The position numbers were made by a program, and so were the translations under genes. The notes under the pieces were generated by a model. The model had not been told where the DNA came from. It did not search any database and saw nothing but the letters and a program-made list of their open reading frames with translations. A DNA stretch of 57,115 nt, filler included, from Diploschistes diacapsis (taxonomy: Eukaryota), in NCBI GenBank assembly GCA_023645945.1. It is 5 parts of 5 records of this genome, joined end to end, with 100 filler letters (N's around TTAATTAATTAA, not from the genome) between each part and the next. Parts side by side here need not be neighbours in the genome. Positions count along the whole stretch, not along the records: positions 11,473 to 22,830 come from JALAIB010000839.1; positions 22,931 to 34,273 come from JALAIB010000840.1; 3 more parts are not named here. One strand, given 5' to 3'. Below, piece after piece: positions 13,819 to 25,729 of the stretch. How positions within the stretch are numbered: position 1 is the stretch's first letter; every line of letters begins with the position of its first letter.

Positions 13819-14070
13819 ATCTATTAACTTCGTTTCTGAAGGTGCAGGTGAGCGAATTGGACGCTGTGTTCCAGCGCAACGTCAAAAGTGATAAGAGGAG
13901 CTGCCAGTCCCAGAGGTTGGTGTTATGCAACAGCGATATGCGGGAAGGTGCAGTGGTAAGTACCCAGTCTTCATTTTCGGGGAAGGGATGAAGGAACTAG
14001 GACCCCTTGGCTCGAGCAGCTGCCATTGAAGTGCCGGAAAATTTGATGACCATTACGTAGGAATTCAGAT

Positions 14071-14099
14071 AGAATGCATTGAATGCATTGAATGCATTG
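14071..14099 (+). repeat. Minisatellite (GAATGCATT)x3
   Basis: Read directly from the sequence. Confidence 0.85.
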
Positions 14100-14344
14100 A
14101 CTCGATGGATCGGACAAGGGGACAAAGAGAAAGATAGAGAGATATCTATCTGAGCCCAAGGGCTCATTGACTATTGTATTATCAGAAAGTACCTACCTAC
14201 CTACCTCATAAGAAAGAGTCACAACAAGAATCAAATCACTTGAACTTTTTTCATGTCACTTGCGCATATAGCTTAGCTTATGCATATGGCCAAATTGATA
14301 TTGATGCACCAGGGATGCATCAAGTAACAAAGTAAGGGGATCCG

Positions 14345-14384
14345 GACTGACTGACTGACTGACTGACTGACTGACTGACTGACT
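14345..14384 (+). repeat. Microsatellite (GACT)x10
   Basis: Read directly from the sequence. Confidence 0.95.
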
Positions 14385-14723
14385 TGACTTTTACCTACTG
14401 GCCTGTACTGATACTTTAAAGCCTGGCCCAACAGAGCGGGCTACTCCTTCTTGGCTCCCTTCCAACCCGGAACCCAGACCCCAGACCGTCATTACTGGAA
14501 ATATCGTTGTTGCACGGCCACCATATTGCATGGGGATCAATCCTGGGACTGTTGCACAATACAAATACCTGCAACTCCGACATGATACGGCTTCACTGCA
14601 TTTCAAGAAACCCAAATTCATATACCCTCACGGACGCTTGATCAGGACTGTGCTCTATGGGGTATCAAAAACTACCACACCCATGCTCCACAAAATGCTT
14701 AAACAACGTGAGATACTACAGAC

Positions 14724-17700
14724 CTATCTAGGCCGACGCTTCGGCACAATAAAAGCAGAGTCGTCTTTCTTCTTCGCAGGTACAGGAGGTCGCACTCCCC
14801 TGCCAATTGGTGCTTTGGGAGCAGAACCAGGTGCCCGAACCATTGGCTGGCCTGTGCTAATTGATGGACGGGCCTTTGGCGCTTGCTGTGGTATATCTTT
14901 TGCCCCATCTTCAGCTTCTCGATTATTGTCAGATGCTGAAGATGGTCGCGACAACGGAGTTCCCTGGCGCGATCTTTTGAGGTCCTCCTCGAATCCATCA
15001 CTTTTATGAAGCTTGGCGATGTGTGACGAGTCGGTAGGCGAGGGAGGGCTCCGTTTCTTGTTGGAAATGACTTCTGCTTTCAGCCGTTGGTTAAAACCAT
15101 TGGCCTCCATGGCGTCTAGTCCAGTGTTATCTTTAAGAGGAGCAGCGTTGACCATCTCGATATCTTGAGGGTGCTTTTGCTGCTCTTGCTTGAGCTCAGA
15201 CGTTAGCTCTGGCCGGACAGGGACGCGCTTGGGCGGCACCGAGAGATCTCTTAGCACATCACTCGTATACCGGTTCCGCTGTCTGGAATCCTCAATGAGT
15301 CGGCTCCAGTACTCGCCCTGCATCAGAGAATTTGCATTACCAAGGACCCAAAGAGATGATTTGGCGCGAGTGATACCGACGTTCATACGCCGAATATCCG
15401 ACAAGAACCCGATACCGGTGTTGGAAGCTCGCACGCAAGAGAATATAATCACCTCGCTTTCTCGACCTTGGAATGCGTCGGTCGTATTGAACTCGATAGT
15501 ATTGATGATCTCACTTCCGTACTGTTGCTTGAACCGATCTCGAAGCATACCTAACTGGCTCTTGTATGGTGTAATGATGCCCACTTTGCCCCGGAAATCG
15601 TACCCTTTAGCGCAAGCTATTAAACGACTGAAGAGCTGTAGAGCAATATTGATCTCAGCCAAGTTGACCAGTGAATGACCTCTGGGAGCACTTTGGTGCA
15701 TTCCTTGTACGTCAAAGAAACGGTAGGGACTGAGTAGCTGGTCGGCATGCCAGGGCTTCTGTCTGAGGCCAGCCATACCCGGACCATCGAGGAGCCGGCC
15801 ATCGTAGAAGGCTTGACTGGGAAAGGCACTGATGTCAGGATGCATACGGTACTGCGTATCGAGCAGGTGAACGTTCTCCGGGGAGTTTGCTTGCATGCGC
15901 ACAAACAAACTTTGCTCGTACTGGAATCGGGATGCCTCTCTAGAAAGCACCGTTGGCGGCAGTTGCTTCGGATCACCGACCATGATACACTTTGAGCAAC
16001 CGTATTTGAGAGGTATCAGTGCGCTCAATTCGATCGATTGAGCAGCCTCATCTATGATGACCGTCTCGAAATCAAGTTGAAGGTTGCGAAGCATGTCATG
16101 GCCACTGCCACTCAGAGTGGCGCAGAGGATGTGGGCGCCATCAATGATCTCTTGCCGAACCTTGTTCCTTTGGATCTCTATGTTCCTCGTAAAGGTGTTG
16201 CCGCTATCCTTTAGTTGATCGATTCTGGTACTGAGCTGGTTCTTCCTCCGTCTGAGAACTTCGAGCTGATGGTATTGTTCAGGACTTGCCTTCTGATTTT
16301 TGGCATTTTGTCCATCGAAAACGCCCTTCAGCTCGTTGAGCTGATCGCACGTTGCCTTGTGATCCAACATAGCTTTGTGCATTTCGTCGCCTTCTTTCGG
16401 CTTTTCCGCAGCTACGGCAACGTTCATCTTCTTCTCCACTAACTCGTCCAGAGTGACCTCCATGACTTTTGGGTTTATGGCCTCGCTTTTCCCCAATCGA
16501 ACGATGGATGGTTTTTGATATTTGCCATTGGATGTTTTTATACCACGCATAAATCGCATAACCAATTCATCTACCGCAGCATTACTAGGCGCACAGACAA
16601 GAAGCTTCTTAGGTACCGTAGTCCGCTGCTGATTGTTTCCGCCATCAGCGGTTTGCGGTATAGCAATGGGTACGGCTGCGGAACTCTCCAAAGCACTTGT
16701 TAACAATGCTCCTACAATGGCTACAATAGTCTTGGTTTTGCCAGATCCAGGAGGCCTGACATCCGAATCAGCGTTCTTCGACTACTCGCTTGAACTTAAC
16801 TTACCCTTGAATGAGGGTGAAAGCATCGTTATCTATGGCTGATTGTACAGCCTTGGCTTGCGCTCGATTCAGTTCGTAGCACTGGACCAACCGGTTGAGG
16901 ACCCCATCGTTGTAGCTTAATAAAGGGGACGGATATGCTTTGATGATTTCATCGCATAGGTCGTAGTACACCAAGCCTAGCAAGGCTCCGTATTCACGCT
17001 CTAACGGTATCAGGGAAGTGATCTTTTCGCCCCTCAATTCAGCTTTTGGGACAAGGCTATCCAGAAGCTGGTTTGCTTGTGCTACTTTGAAAGTTACTTC
17101 GATAGTATTTTGTTTTCTGGTCATTTTGAATACTCGAGCAAGGCAACTGGGTTGATCCGAAGCTTGACTCGGCGTCGTGGATTTTGACAGTAACATGATA
17201 TCACCCTCGAAAAGAGTCCTTTCGGAGTTTTGGACAGCGTCCATGGTTGAGCTTATTTCAACAAGGCTGTCTACGGTCATGCGGTTAACGACCTTGATGC
17301 CGAATGATTTCCCGCTCGCTTCTTCCTGCGCTTGGCGAAATGATTGCCAGGCCTCCAAGAGAAGCAATGGCTCGAAAGTCTTCCTGTAATCATGAGCCGT
17401 ACGAAAAGCTTGTGAAACCATTGAGTAATCGTCACGAATTCCTCCTGGCGGCAAGTCACTATCGTGAAAGAAGTTCCAGCCAAGGATAGCCTTGTGGATC
17501 GGAGTTAGGTCTGGAGCAACTCGAGCACGCAAGTCTTTCTGGGTTCTAGCCTGCTTGATTTTCTTAACAGGCTGTTGCGGTTTAAGTTGGTGTCGACGAC
17601 TGTGGTTGTACTCAACTACTGCAGCAGACGGCTTCGACTTGGAAAGAGGCCCAAATACAGGATCATCGTCGGACTCGGATTCTGAACTCGACGAAACCAT

Positions 17701-20700
17701 TATCTCTGAATTCTTCTTCAAATGCTCTTTGCCCATGTTACCGATATTGCCAAGCGCAGACCCTTCGCCTGCCGTTATACCCGCAATGGAGTTCGGTAGC
17801 AGATGCTTTTTGGCTCTAGCAACAGCCTCAGCATCTCGACGCTTTTTCTCCAGCTGTGCTTTCTCCCTCTCTTTCAAGAAGGTCTCCTTCTTGACCTGCT
17901 GCGCTGCCCTCGATGGCTCTCGCCGGCTGGTTGGCAACTTAGGAAGGGGTTTTGTCATGCCCGTGGCCAACGTAGTCTTCGGTGTAGCTTTCTGCATCGT
18001 AGATTGGGCCTTCAGTGCTTGCTGGGCTCTGATTGACTCGACAGACGTGGTCGAGTGTAATCTATCCCCATCCCTAGCCCCCTTGCTGGGAGCTTTCGAA
18101 GACCATGAATCCAGGTCAATAACGCTCTGCTTCGCGCTTGACTTTACTGTTGTTACCGGTGGGAGCTCGACATCGGGTGTAGATGTACCGGATCTCTCCT
18201 TCGATTCGTCTTCAATTGCATGACCCATGTTGTCCTCCAGAGCCCTTCTAATTTCGGCCTTTTGCTGACCAGTCATGTTTGTCACGACTTTGGAAGAAGA
18301 AACCACCATTGATTTCAACTTCGTACTCAAGCTTTGCGACAACGCCATACTTCTGCTTGTAAGCTGTAATAGAATCTTTCGTGTTAAATTTACGCTCTGG
18401 GACAGAAGCCATCCATCTCGCAGCTTGAGGTACCCCACCACAGCTTCCAAGGTCTGGCAAGGGGAGGCCAGAAGGTCTGTTGAATCCTGACTGCCATGCT
18501 CAAACAGTGCCTGGACTTCGTCATCTTTGATCTGGTCAACGACAGGCCTGAGTGCTACATCGAATACAGAAAAGTGATCAAAAAGAACTTCGGAAAATTG
18601 CATTACATCTCTGCAGAAGTCGGTCATAATAAATGTTTTAATGTGGTGTGACCATGCCAATGTAGAATCGTAGACCACGCGAAGGGTCTTCCATAAGGAA
18701 TTCCACAATTCTTGAACGATCTCGAGCGATGCCGGCGGCAGGGACTGGGAACGAAGTATTCCATCTTGAGGATCGCAGAGTAAGTCGAGGACATCACCAA
18801 TTAGCTTCAGCATTCGGGAGCAGGCTGCAAAGGTTTTTGCCCTGGCGATCCTTGAGACTGACCAGATAACAGTCCCTATGGTCCGGTCAAACGAGAGTTG
18901 CAGAATGTGATTGATAGCCTCTTTCCGGAAAGATGCTCCGCTCATGGTCTTCAATAAGTTAAGGCCGGCCTCTTGAACATCTTGTTCTGCGGAGAAGAGA
19001 ATCCTTAGTAGATAGGATGAAGTCTCTTGTTCCTTGGCCAGAAGATTGAGATCTTGAGATCCGAAGTCATTGATCTTCTCTAGAGTTTTACAGATAATCC
19101 GAGAGAAATCGCGCAGCAGTGTATTAAACTGTTTACGCTCTTTTTCGTGCGGAAGTCTAGATTCCATCTTCGATTCAAGCCCTTCGAGGCCGGTCAATTC
19201 GGAAGTCTCTTCGATACAGATCCGCGCCAACGCAATGTTTCCCGGAACAAAGTCGCGCTCGATAGCGGGCCAGATCTTTGGTTGAAAAGGTTGAAACCCC
19301 GGGAGCAGCGTATCGTCGTTGTTAATCTTGACTCGATCCGTTCGTATCAGGTTACACTCCAATTTCAGAGCGTATTGTATCGTCTTGAAGCAAGCATTGA
19401 CAAGCCCTAATTCCTCGCCAAGAGCCTCGGGACTTCGCAAGGCAGAAGTTATTTCACCTATATGTTCAAAGGTCAGATTGAGGGTGTCCAGAGCAACAAC
19501 CCTACCTACGCCATCGAAGTGGAAGCTATCTTCGCAGCAGTCCATGAGTGTGCGATAGATGACCTCAAGGCCCATGCGATAACATTCCGCTTTGGCAAAC
19601 TCTGGGAATTTTGACGCTTGTAGCCGAGACATCAGTTGGTAAGTCAGTGACCGACATGCTTGTGGCTTATGAGATGTCTGCAACGAAGCAACAAATGGCT
19701 CAATCCAGGACAGAACGTCGTCGAGAAAAGCTTTAGTCTCAGCGCTAGTGGAGCGTAGAATGCGCTGGTCGTACTGAGGAGCGCCGAAGATGGTCTCGAT
19801 TATTGTCGTGGGGGCAATGGCACCCATTGCATCCCAAAAGTCTTTTGGGCCTTTGCTCAGAAGGGTTCGCATGGTTTGGAGCAAAGGTCCGAAGCCGGGC
19901 GAATCAACCTGCAGATGATCCAGGGCCAGTCTATACACGTCTTGTTCCATAGCCCGGAGAGAATGCGTAATGAGGTCGCCATCCAATTTATCAACTACTA
20001 TTCGTAGGCCTGACCACAAATTCGAAACGCTGTCTGCGGTTGGGAAGCTGATGAAGGCGGCATTGAGGTTGTCCGCAAGACAGCCTCGGATTGCAAAGTC
20101 AAAGTCATCTCTTGTCATTCTTGTTGCAATTTTCGCCCAGTTCTCTCTAGCCCAGCGAGATCTTCCCTTATGCTCGTCAAACAAAAATCTCAGCATAGCT
20201 GGTACCCAATGCATGACACGGAGAGCCTTGTTGGTCTGTAGTAGATCGAATGTCTCGTCGAAATGAGATGCCATAAGCTCCTCGTTTACAAGAAAACTGT
20301 CGCACGTGAGCGCCTCGAAGACGGCGTAGAGGTCTGACGGTGAAACGGCATTTTGTCTCCTCTTCTCCTCTGGTAATGCCAGTAAAGTCTTCTTTGCATT
20401 GTCCAAGCCTCTTCGGATCCTCTCGATATCTCTCTCGTCAAGGAGTCTCACAAAAGTCTCCACGTCCTCATCGTTATAATCGTTCCTTAAATCTTCCACA
20501 AACTTTCGCTTCCCTTTGTGGTAGTTGACGATGCACCTATCGCAGCTCCCAAGCTGCTTGTCGTACTTTTGGCCGAGCTTCGCGTGCCATGGCAGAGCAT
20601 CAGGGCCATCGAACCCCAGTATCTGAAGACAATCAATGGCATGCTGTTTCCGCTGCTCATCTTCACAAAATAGGTGCAATTTCGGATCGAGATTGGTGAT

Positions 20701-20782
20701 CTCCCTGCAAACACGTCAGAGAATAAATAGCACTGGCTTACAGTTCGAACCTTAGTTTGGCAACAACGTCTGGCTCTGCCAT
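14724..20782 (-). CDS. SEN1: Sen1/senataxin SF1 (Upf1-like) RNA/DNA helicase, ~1990 aa; exons 20782-20751 (or -20742), 20704-16805, 16755-14724
   Basis: Large SEN1 N-terminal domain (HLFC, CDRCIVNYH, FWDAMGAI). Walker A LIQG|PPGSGKT is split by intron 16804-16756. Further motifs: LVCAPSNAAVDE, IIDEAAQ, VGDPKQLPPT, QYRMHP, DAFQGRE, RRMNVGITRAK. Confidence 0.95.
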
Positions 20783-21905
20783 TATGGAGCTCAATAGATG
20801 CTCAGCCTGCAGAGAAAGAATGGAGCGACAGCATACTCAATGCTTCATCTCGAGCAACTACTGGACTGGACCGAATATTATCTAGATCATGGCAACTCAG
20901 CAGAATCAATGACTTCTTTTACGAGTCAGTCATGATGACTTTTGCATCACTCCAGCAAGTTCTATTTAGGTTATATATGGTGGCAGCAGATAGGAGAGAC
21001 CCAGGCGTTACATGCACATGTGAGGCTAGGTAAAACCGGCCCAAGCAAGAGCAGAGGAACAGGCGAGGCTTCAGATGTACAAGAGATATTGGCCCAAATA
21101 GAGTCTGCAAATACACTGTGGTTGTGTTTTGAGTTAATAAAGTGAGAGAATCTAATGGCTTGAAATGTTCCCCTGAAAAGACCTCGAGGTAGATAGTTGT
21201 AAGCCAGCCGGGCGGATTAACTTAGCCCGACTCGGAACTTCCTAGGGCTGGCAATCGGCTTGTGCTCGAAAAGGCAACATATATTGAGAATAGGGGAAAG
21301 ATTACTTCCTTTACTATGTAATAATAAAACAAAAGCATTCCCTCCATTGCTACCAGCAATACTCATTCAGTGCAAGGGATCGGTGCCCCTCATCCAGCTT
21401 CGTCAAACATTGATGCCCCGTCCAATGGTCTCGATCTTATGTAGGGATGTGGAAAACTTCGCGGTTATGTTCACCAGCGAATTGCCTCAAGTCATGATTT
21501 ACACCCAAACCCATGAGTAACGAGGGCCTGTTTACTCACCGTTGGCTCTCAAAGGGCTTGCTGCTACTGCAATTAATTACAAGGTTTTGTCCGGCCAGGG
21601 CATGATCATTTATGCGAATATGCAATCATTATTACAATGCGGTAATTGCCGGATAGGACATATAGCCTTTCATTCCCATGAAGGTCCAGTAATGGTTATC
21701 ACAGTTGGGTTGCCGTGGCCGTCCTGATTAGCTTTGACGTTAGAGATGAAGTTCCAGCCTCAGGCTTTGGATATGAACCTCGCCATAATCGAGCAATGTA
21801 GCCTGTGGCATGTGACAGAAAGCAGATGGAAAGGCGCTACCAGAAGTAGCAGATGGTGAGGTCCCTTTTCGTCAGATATTCAAGCTCGTGAGTGGTCCTC
21901 TTCGC

Positions 21906-22550
21906 TTAAAGTGTTTCCTCGTCTTGAACTTCGGGCGGGTTGATATTGGAAGATCCGGGATCTGTGGCATCCTCAACCTTCAAGCCACTAACGCCTTCCA
22001 ATACCTCCTTTTCACTCATCGTATCATCCTCCTCCGCCTCCCATTCGTCATCTTCGGGAGTCTCGGACGCCCTGGATTTTGCCGGCTGCTTCGTACTTAG
22101 CTTCCCATTGACGTCGTCCCAAGCGACCTAACCCCGTCAGCATAAGCCTGTAGCTATGCGGAAAGTAACCTACGCTTCTATCTTTGCTAGTTCTACCCCG
22201 CTTCTTGCTTCTCTCGACTTTTTGTACGGTTTGATCTAGTACGGCTTCCGCCCTCTGCACGGCCTTTTCAAGCCTTATCCGCTTTCCTCTCCTCATTTGC
22301 TTTCCCTTGGACTTTCTGTGCGACAAATGGCCGACACCAGCCCCATGGCGGACAGTATGCAAAACTGATTCGGCTGTTGAAGGTGTCTTTGCAGATTTCA
22401 GAGATTTATCGGTGTCGATCGAAGGCGAAGTGGCACGCCTGGCTGCTCGAGAGTGTATGGAGACTGACAAAGATCAGCCTTTGCCGTTGTAAATAAACTG
22501 CGGGGTTGCGCGCCTTGGCCATTCTTCTTTTTATTCGCTATCTTGGCCAT
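21906..22550 (-). CDS. ALB1: Alb1-family pre-60S ribosome biogenesis factor; exons 22550-22514 (or -22499), 22463-22174, 22127-21906
   Basis: SIHSRAARRATSPSIDTDKSL, a basic helix (RLEKAVQRAEAVLD) and, after intron 22173-22128, AWDDVN followed by an acidic tail; this matches my recollection of the fungal Alb1 family. Confidence 0.8.
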
Positions 22551-22669
22551 ATTGGCTGGGATTTAGGCATGAAATGATATTTCCACATTGAGCAGAGAGT
22601 TTCATGATGAAGCTGCAGCTCACGGCGGAGCGGTTGTGGGCCCTTTCGCGCCAGCATAGTTATTCTGAC

Positions 22670-22830
22670 TGAAATTTATTTTTTTTACCCTTATTCCTAA
22701 ACAGGTAGGTGAGCTCTTTTTCTACTATTAAACAAATTTTTTATTCTTTTTTTTTTATATAAATTTTCGAGTATTTCGAAGTTTTATCGAATATTTAATC
22801 TCGAGTAATAAATATCTCGAAATTTATTAT
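22670..22830. repeat. AT-rich contig end, probably a RIP-degraded repeat
   Basis: Abrupt switch to very AT-rich sequence in which most surviving C/G lie in TCGA, at an assembly break. Confidence 0.5.
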
Positions 22831-22930
22831 NNNNNNNNNNNNNNNNNNNNNNNNNNNNNNNNNNNNNNNNNNNNTTAATTAATTAANNNNNNNNNNNNNN
22901 NNNNNNNNNNNNNNNNNNNNNNNNNNNNNN
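22831..22930. other. Artificial contig spacer
   Basis: 44 N + TTAATTAATTAA + 44 N. Confidence 0.98.
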
Positions 22931-23250
22931 ATTGCAGAGACACGAAGGTGGGGGGAGGGGGCCCGATTACCAGGAGTAAATGTCCTCCTCCGGTGGGAAA
23001 ACAGTGGCCTTGTTCTCCCGCTCCTTCTTTAGGAATCGCTTCAGCGCCAGAAACTCCGGCCGCACCACCTCGTCCTTGAGATGCGCCAGCCAGCTCTCGT
23101 GCAGCGTGTCGATCTCCAGGCGCAGCAGCTCCTTCTGCTCCGCCGTCAGCGTCGCGACCCACGCCGCCTTGTTGAAGCTGGCGGCCTTGGTGTCCTTGGG
23201 CGCGCCGAAGAAGGAGGTTATGCTGCTGTTGACCTTTTTCGCTTTCTTGG
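22931..23250 (-). CDS. UNG1: Uracil-DNA glycosylase (family 1), first exon only; remainder lost at the contig break
   Basis: MSLKRKA, a PIP-like SITSFF motif, LLRLEIDTLHESWLAHLKDE and VFPPEEDIYSW, followed by a GTAATC donor near 22970. Confidence 0.88.
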
Positions 23251-23479
23251 GGTCCGCGGCGGCGTCGGCGGCTTTACGCTTAAGGCTCATGATGGTGGTG
23301 CTGATTATGCTGAGGAGGCGGAATGGAGGCAGTTCGAATTGAGATGATGAACTGATGGGGGATTGGGGGGGTTTATACGGAGTATTGGAAAGGCATATTA
23401 GACTTGGGAGGTTTTTTATTTCTAGCTCGGTTGTTAGGCCCCCCCCCCCCTGCTGTAGCTTAATTGCCGAGCTGGGGTG

Positions 23480-23541
23480 ACGCGACGGCATGGAGGGCGC
23501 GCGTCGGTAATGACCTTCTGCGCGCGCTGCACGTGCACGCG
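23480..23541. promoter_or_regulatory. Cluster of ACGCG/CGCGT (MCB-like) motifs upstream of UNG1
   Basis: ACGCG at 23480 and 23537, CGCGT at 23500, plus CGCGCG runs, 230-290 nt upstream of the ATG. Confidence 0.5.
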
Positions 23542-24032
23542 CTCTTTGCTGTTAGAAAATGGGTAATTCACTTACGACCCCTATAACTTACCCTATACGG
23601 AAACGGATGCTAAAGTTTGCTAATTTCGTAGCCCGTCTATTTCGAAGATACAAAGTACCAAGTACCAAAATACCCCACCAGCGTCGAACCAATACTTTTC
23701 TGCTTCATTTCTTCCCTCGGGGCCACTCTTTACCGCTGATATGCTTCTGAATTATTCGAGAGGTGAAGTGACAACGAGTCTTGACATTCTCCGGCTTTTG
23801 CTATCCTATAACCCAGCTTTTAGATTCCGATATGCCACCGCTAAATACAACCCAACAATGAAAAATTGCGCCGCTGAATTTGCGAGCCGGAAGAGTAGGG
23901 TATCTTTTTCGAATTTTCAAAAAGACAAAGTAAAGCAAGCCAGCCAGAAAAGTGCAATGACCAGACGCCACCAGGATGTTAGGCAACGCCGGCTACCCAT
24001 ATTCCGAACAGTACAGCCAATTGATTTCCATA

Positions 24033-25293
24033 TCAGATAACCTCCTCCCGTTCCCAGCCTGTCTGTTTCATTCCATCGATGCCTTTGCCGGGGTGCGGCT
24101 TCGTGTTGTCCTTATAGGTGGATATGAACGGGTTAGGGTCGCCCTACCACACGTTAATGCCGAAGGTCTTCCACTCAGATCAAGGTCGGAACCTACATCT
24201 TGCTCCAGATTACCCAATGTATGGTTCACCTCCCTATGCTTCGCCTCATCGGCCCTGACATAGAGCATCAGATCCCGCATCGTCCGCTTTCCCTCCGGCA
24301 TCCTCCAATAGTGAACAGCGATATCGGGTATCTGAAACTTAGGATCCGACCATTTCGGAAGGTTACCAGCCTCGATCTCTTTGATGATGCGACTGTACGT
24401 GTAGACGGCCTCTTCCTCGAGATAACCCACAAAGCGGTGGCAAGTTCTGGGGGAGAGGAGGTACGAGATGAACATGCCGTTAAAGAAGACGCCTTGCGCG
24501 CCGATAATGAGCATCTTCATGAACCAGCCAGGCTCGGCGAGCTTGAGGAAGGTAAGCAGATGCATGCGCTCGTTGTAGGCCTCCTCAAGAAGGGTCTCGA
24601 TCCTGAACCAACATCAGCTTTAATTGCAAAAATAATTTTGGTGCCACGAAACATACCATCCGTTGTCTCTTTTTAGTCGTCTAAGGCTGTGTAGGTGGCG
24701 GAGCATGCCGCCAACCATCCCCGGTACACCGGCGACGCTCTCGAGGAAGACGATCCGGATAAGCCATTTGCGCTCATCCATCACTAGCCATCCCCTAGGC
24801 TTCTGTAAAACGCCGTTCTCGTCGACGTGTATAGAACGCTCCGTATAGCCGGTCACCTTATCCATACCCCAGCGTGCTAATCGCATCAGGCCTATAGCAA
24901 GCTTATCTTGCCATACTTTTGCTTCTCGGTGGGCAATAGTGATATTGGCCATCTGCTCTTCTGTATATCTGAGCCATCGTTGTCAGTCCTCAAGCCTTGG
25001 TTGATGTGAGAGAACCCATCTTACACAGGGTGTGGCCATGCTGGGGCGGCATATTCGATCTTCGGTGCATTGACCGGCGGTGGGAACCATTGCTTTGGCT
25101 TCAGTTGGGTTGCCGGAGTCGATGAGAACTGACGCTGGTGGTTTAAACCTCGCTGAACGAGTAAGCAGCTTACTCGAGGAGCGGAGGTTATAGGTTTGTA
25201 CGTCAGTGGAAGGCCATGTGCGGCAGCTTGAGCGACCTTCGTAGAGGTCGCCCTGCTTGTAAGCGATATGCTCGTGGTAATGGTAACAGTCAT
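24033..25293 (-). CDS. aod-1: Mitochondrial alternative oxidase, 365 aa; exons 25293-25025, 24968-24657, 24602-24197, 24143-24033
   Basis: Di-iron motifs [27 protein letters not shown] and [15 protein letters not shown]-rich N-terminal presequence. Three GT-AG introns give a 1098-nt frame. Confidence 0.96.
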
Positions 25294-25514
25294 TGGGAAT
25301 ATATGGTGATGTAACTGAGGGCTTTGGAGGAGTGAAGAGTGGCAAGAGACAAAGGGAGTGTGGCCTGAATTATATTTCAGGTCGCAAGGTAAGGCGCGGA
25401 ATGTATCGAAAGAACAACCAGCTGCAAATCTTCAGCTGGTCATCTGCTTATCCACCACGGGATTTTATTTCAGGCAATAATGAGTTGTTAGATGCTGCGC
25501 ATGGCTGACTGTCT

Positions 25515-25527
25515 CCGGTTTCACCCG
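25515..25527 (-). promoter_or_regulatory. Alternative oxidase induction motif CGG-N7-CGG (AOD2/AOD5 = AcuK/AcuM-type site), copy 1
   Basis: CCG-GTTTCAC-CCG on +, about 220 nt upstream of the AOX ATG. Confidence 0.75.
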
Positions 25528-25617
25528 GTCATTATGGGGCCGAAAGATGGTGCCTAAGACGCCTCCTCCGACTAGAGCAAAATATACAATATACAGAATG
25601 CCCCAGTGGTTCCATCT

Positions 25618-25630
25618 CCGAAGTATTCCG
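25618..25630 (-). promoter_or_regulatory. CGG-N7-CGG motif, copy 2
   Basis: CCG-AAGTATT-CCG on +, same orientation, about 325 nt upstream of the AOX ATG. Confidence 0.7.
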
Positions 25631-25729
25631 CTTGGAAGTCCACGGGTATAAATAATATCGCTCCCACGTGATCATCTTCACGTGATTTTGTGTCGCTCGG
25701 ATAAGCCGTGGGTATAGTATACTACACTA

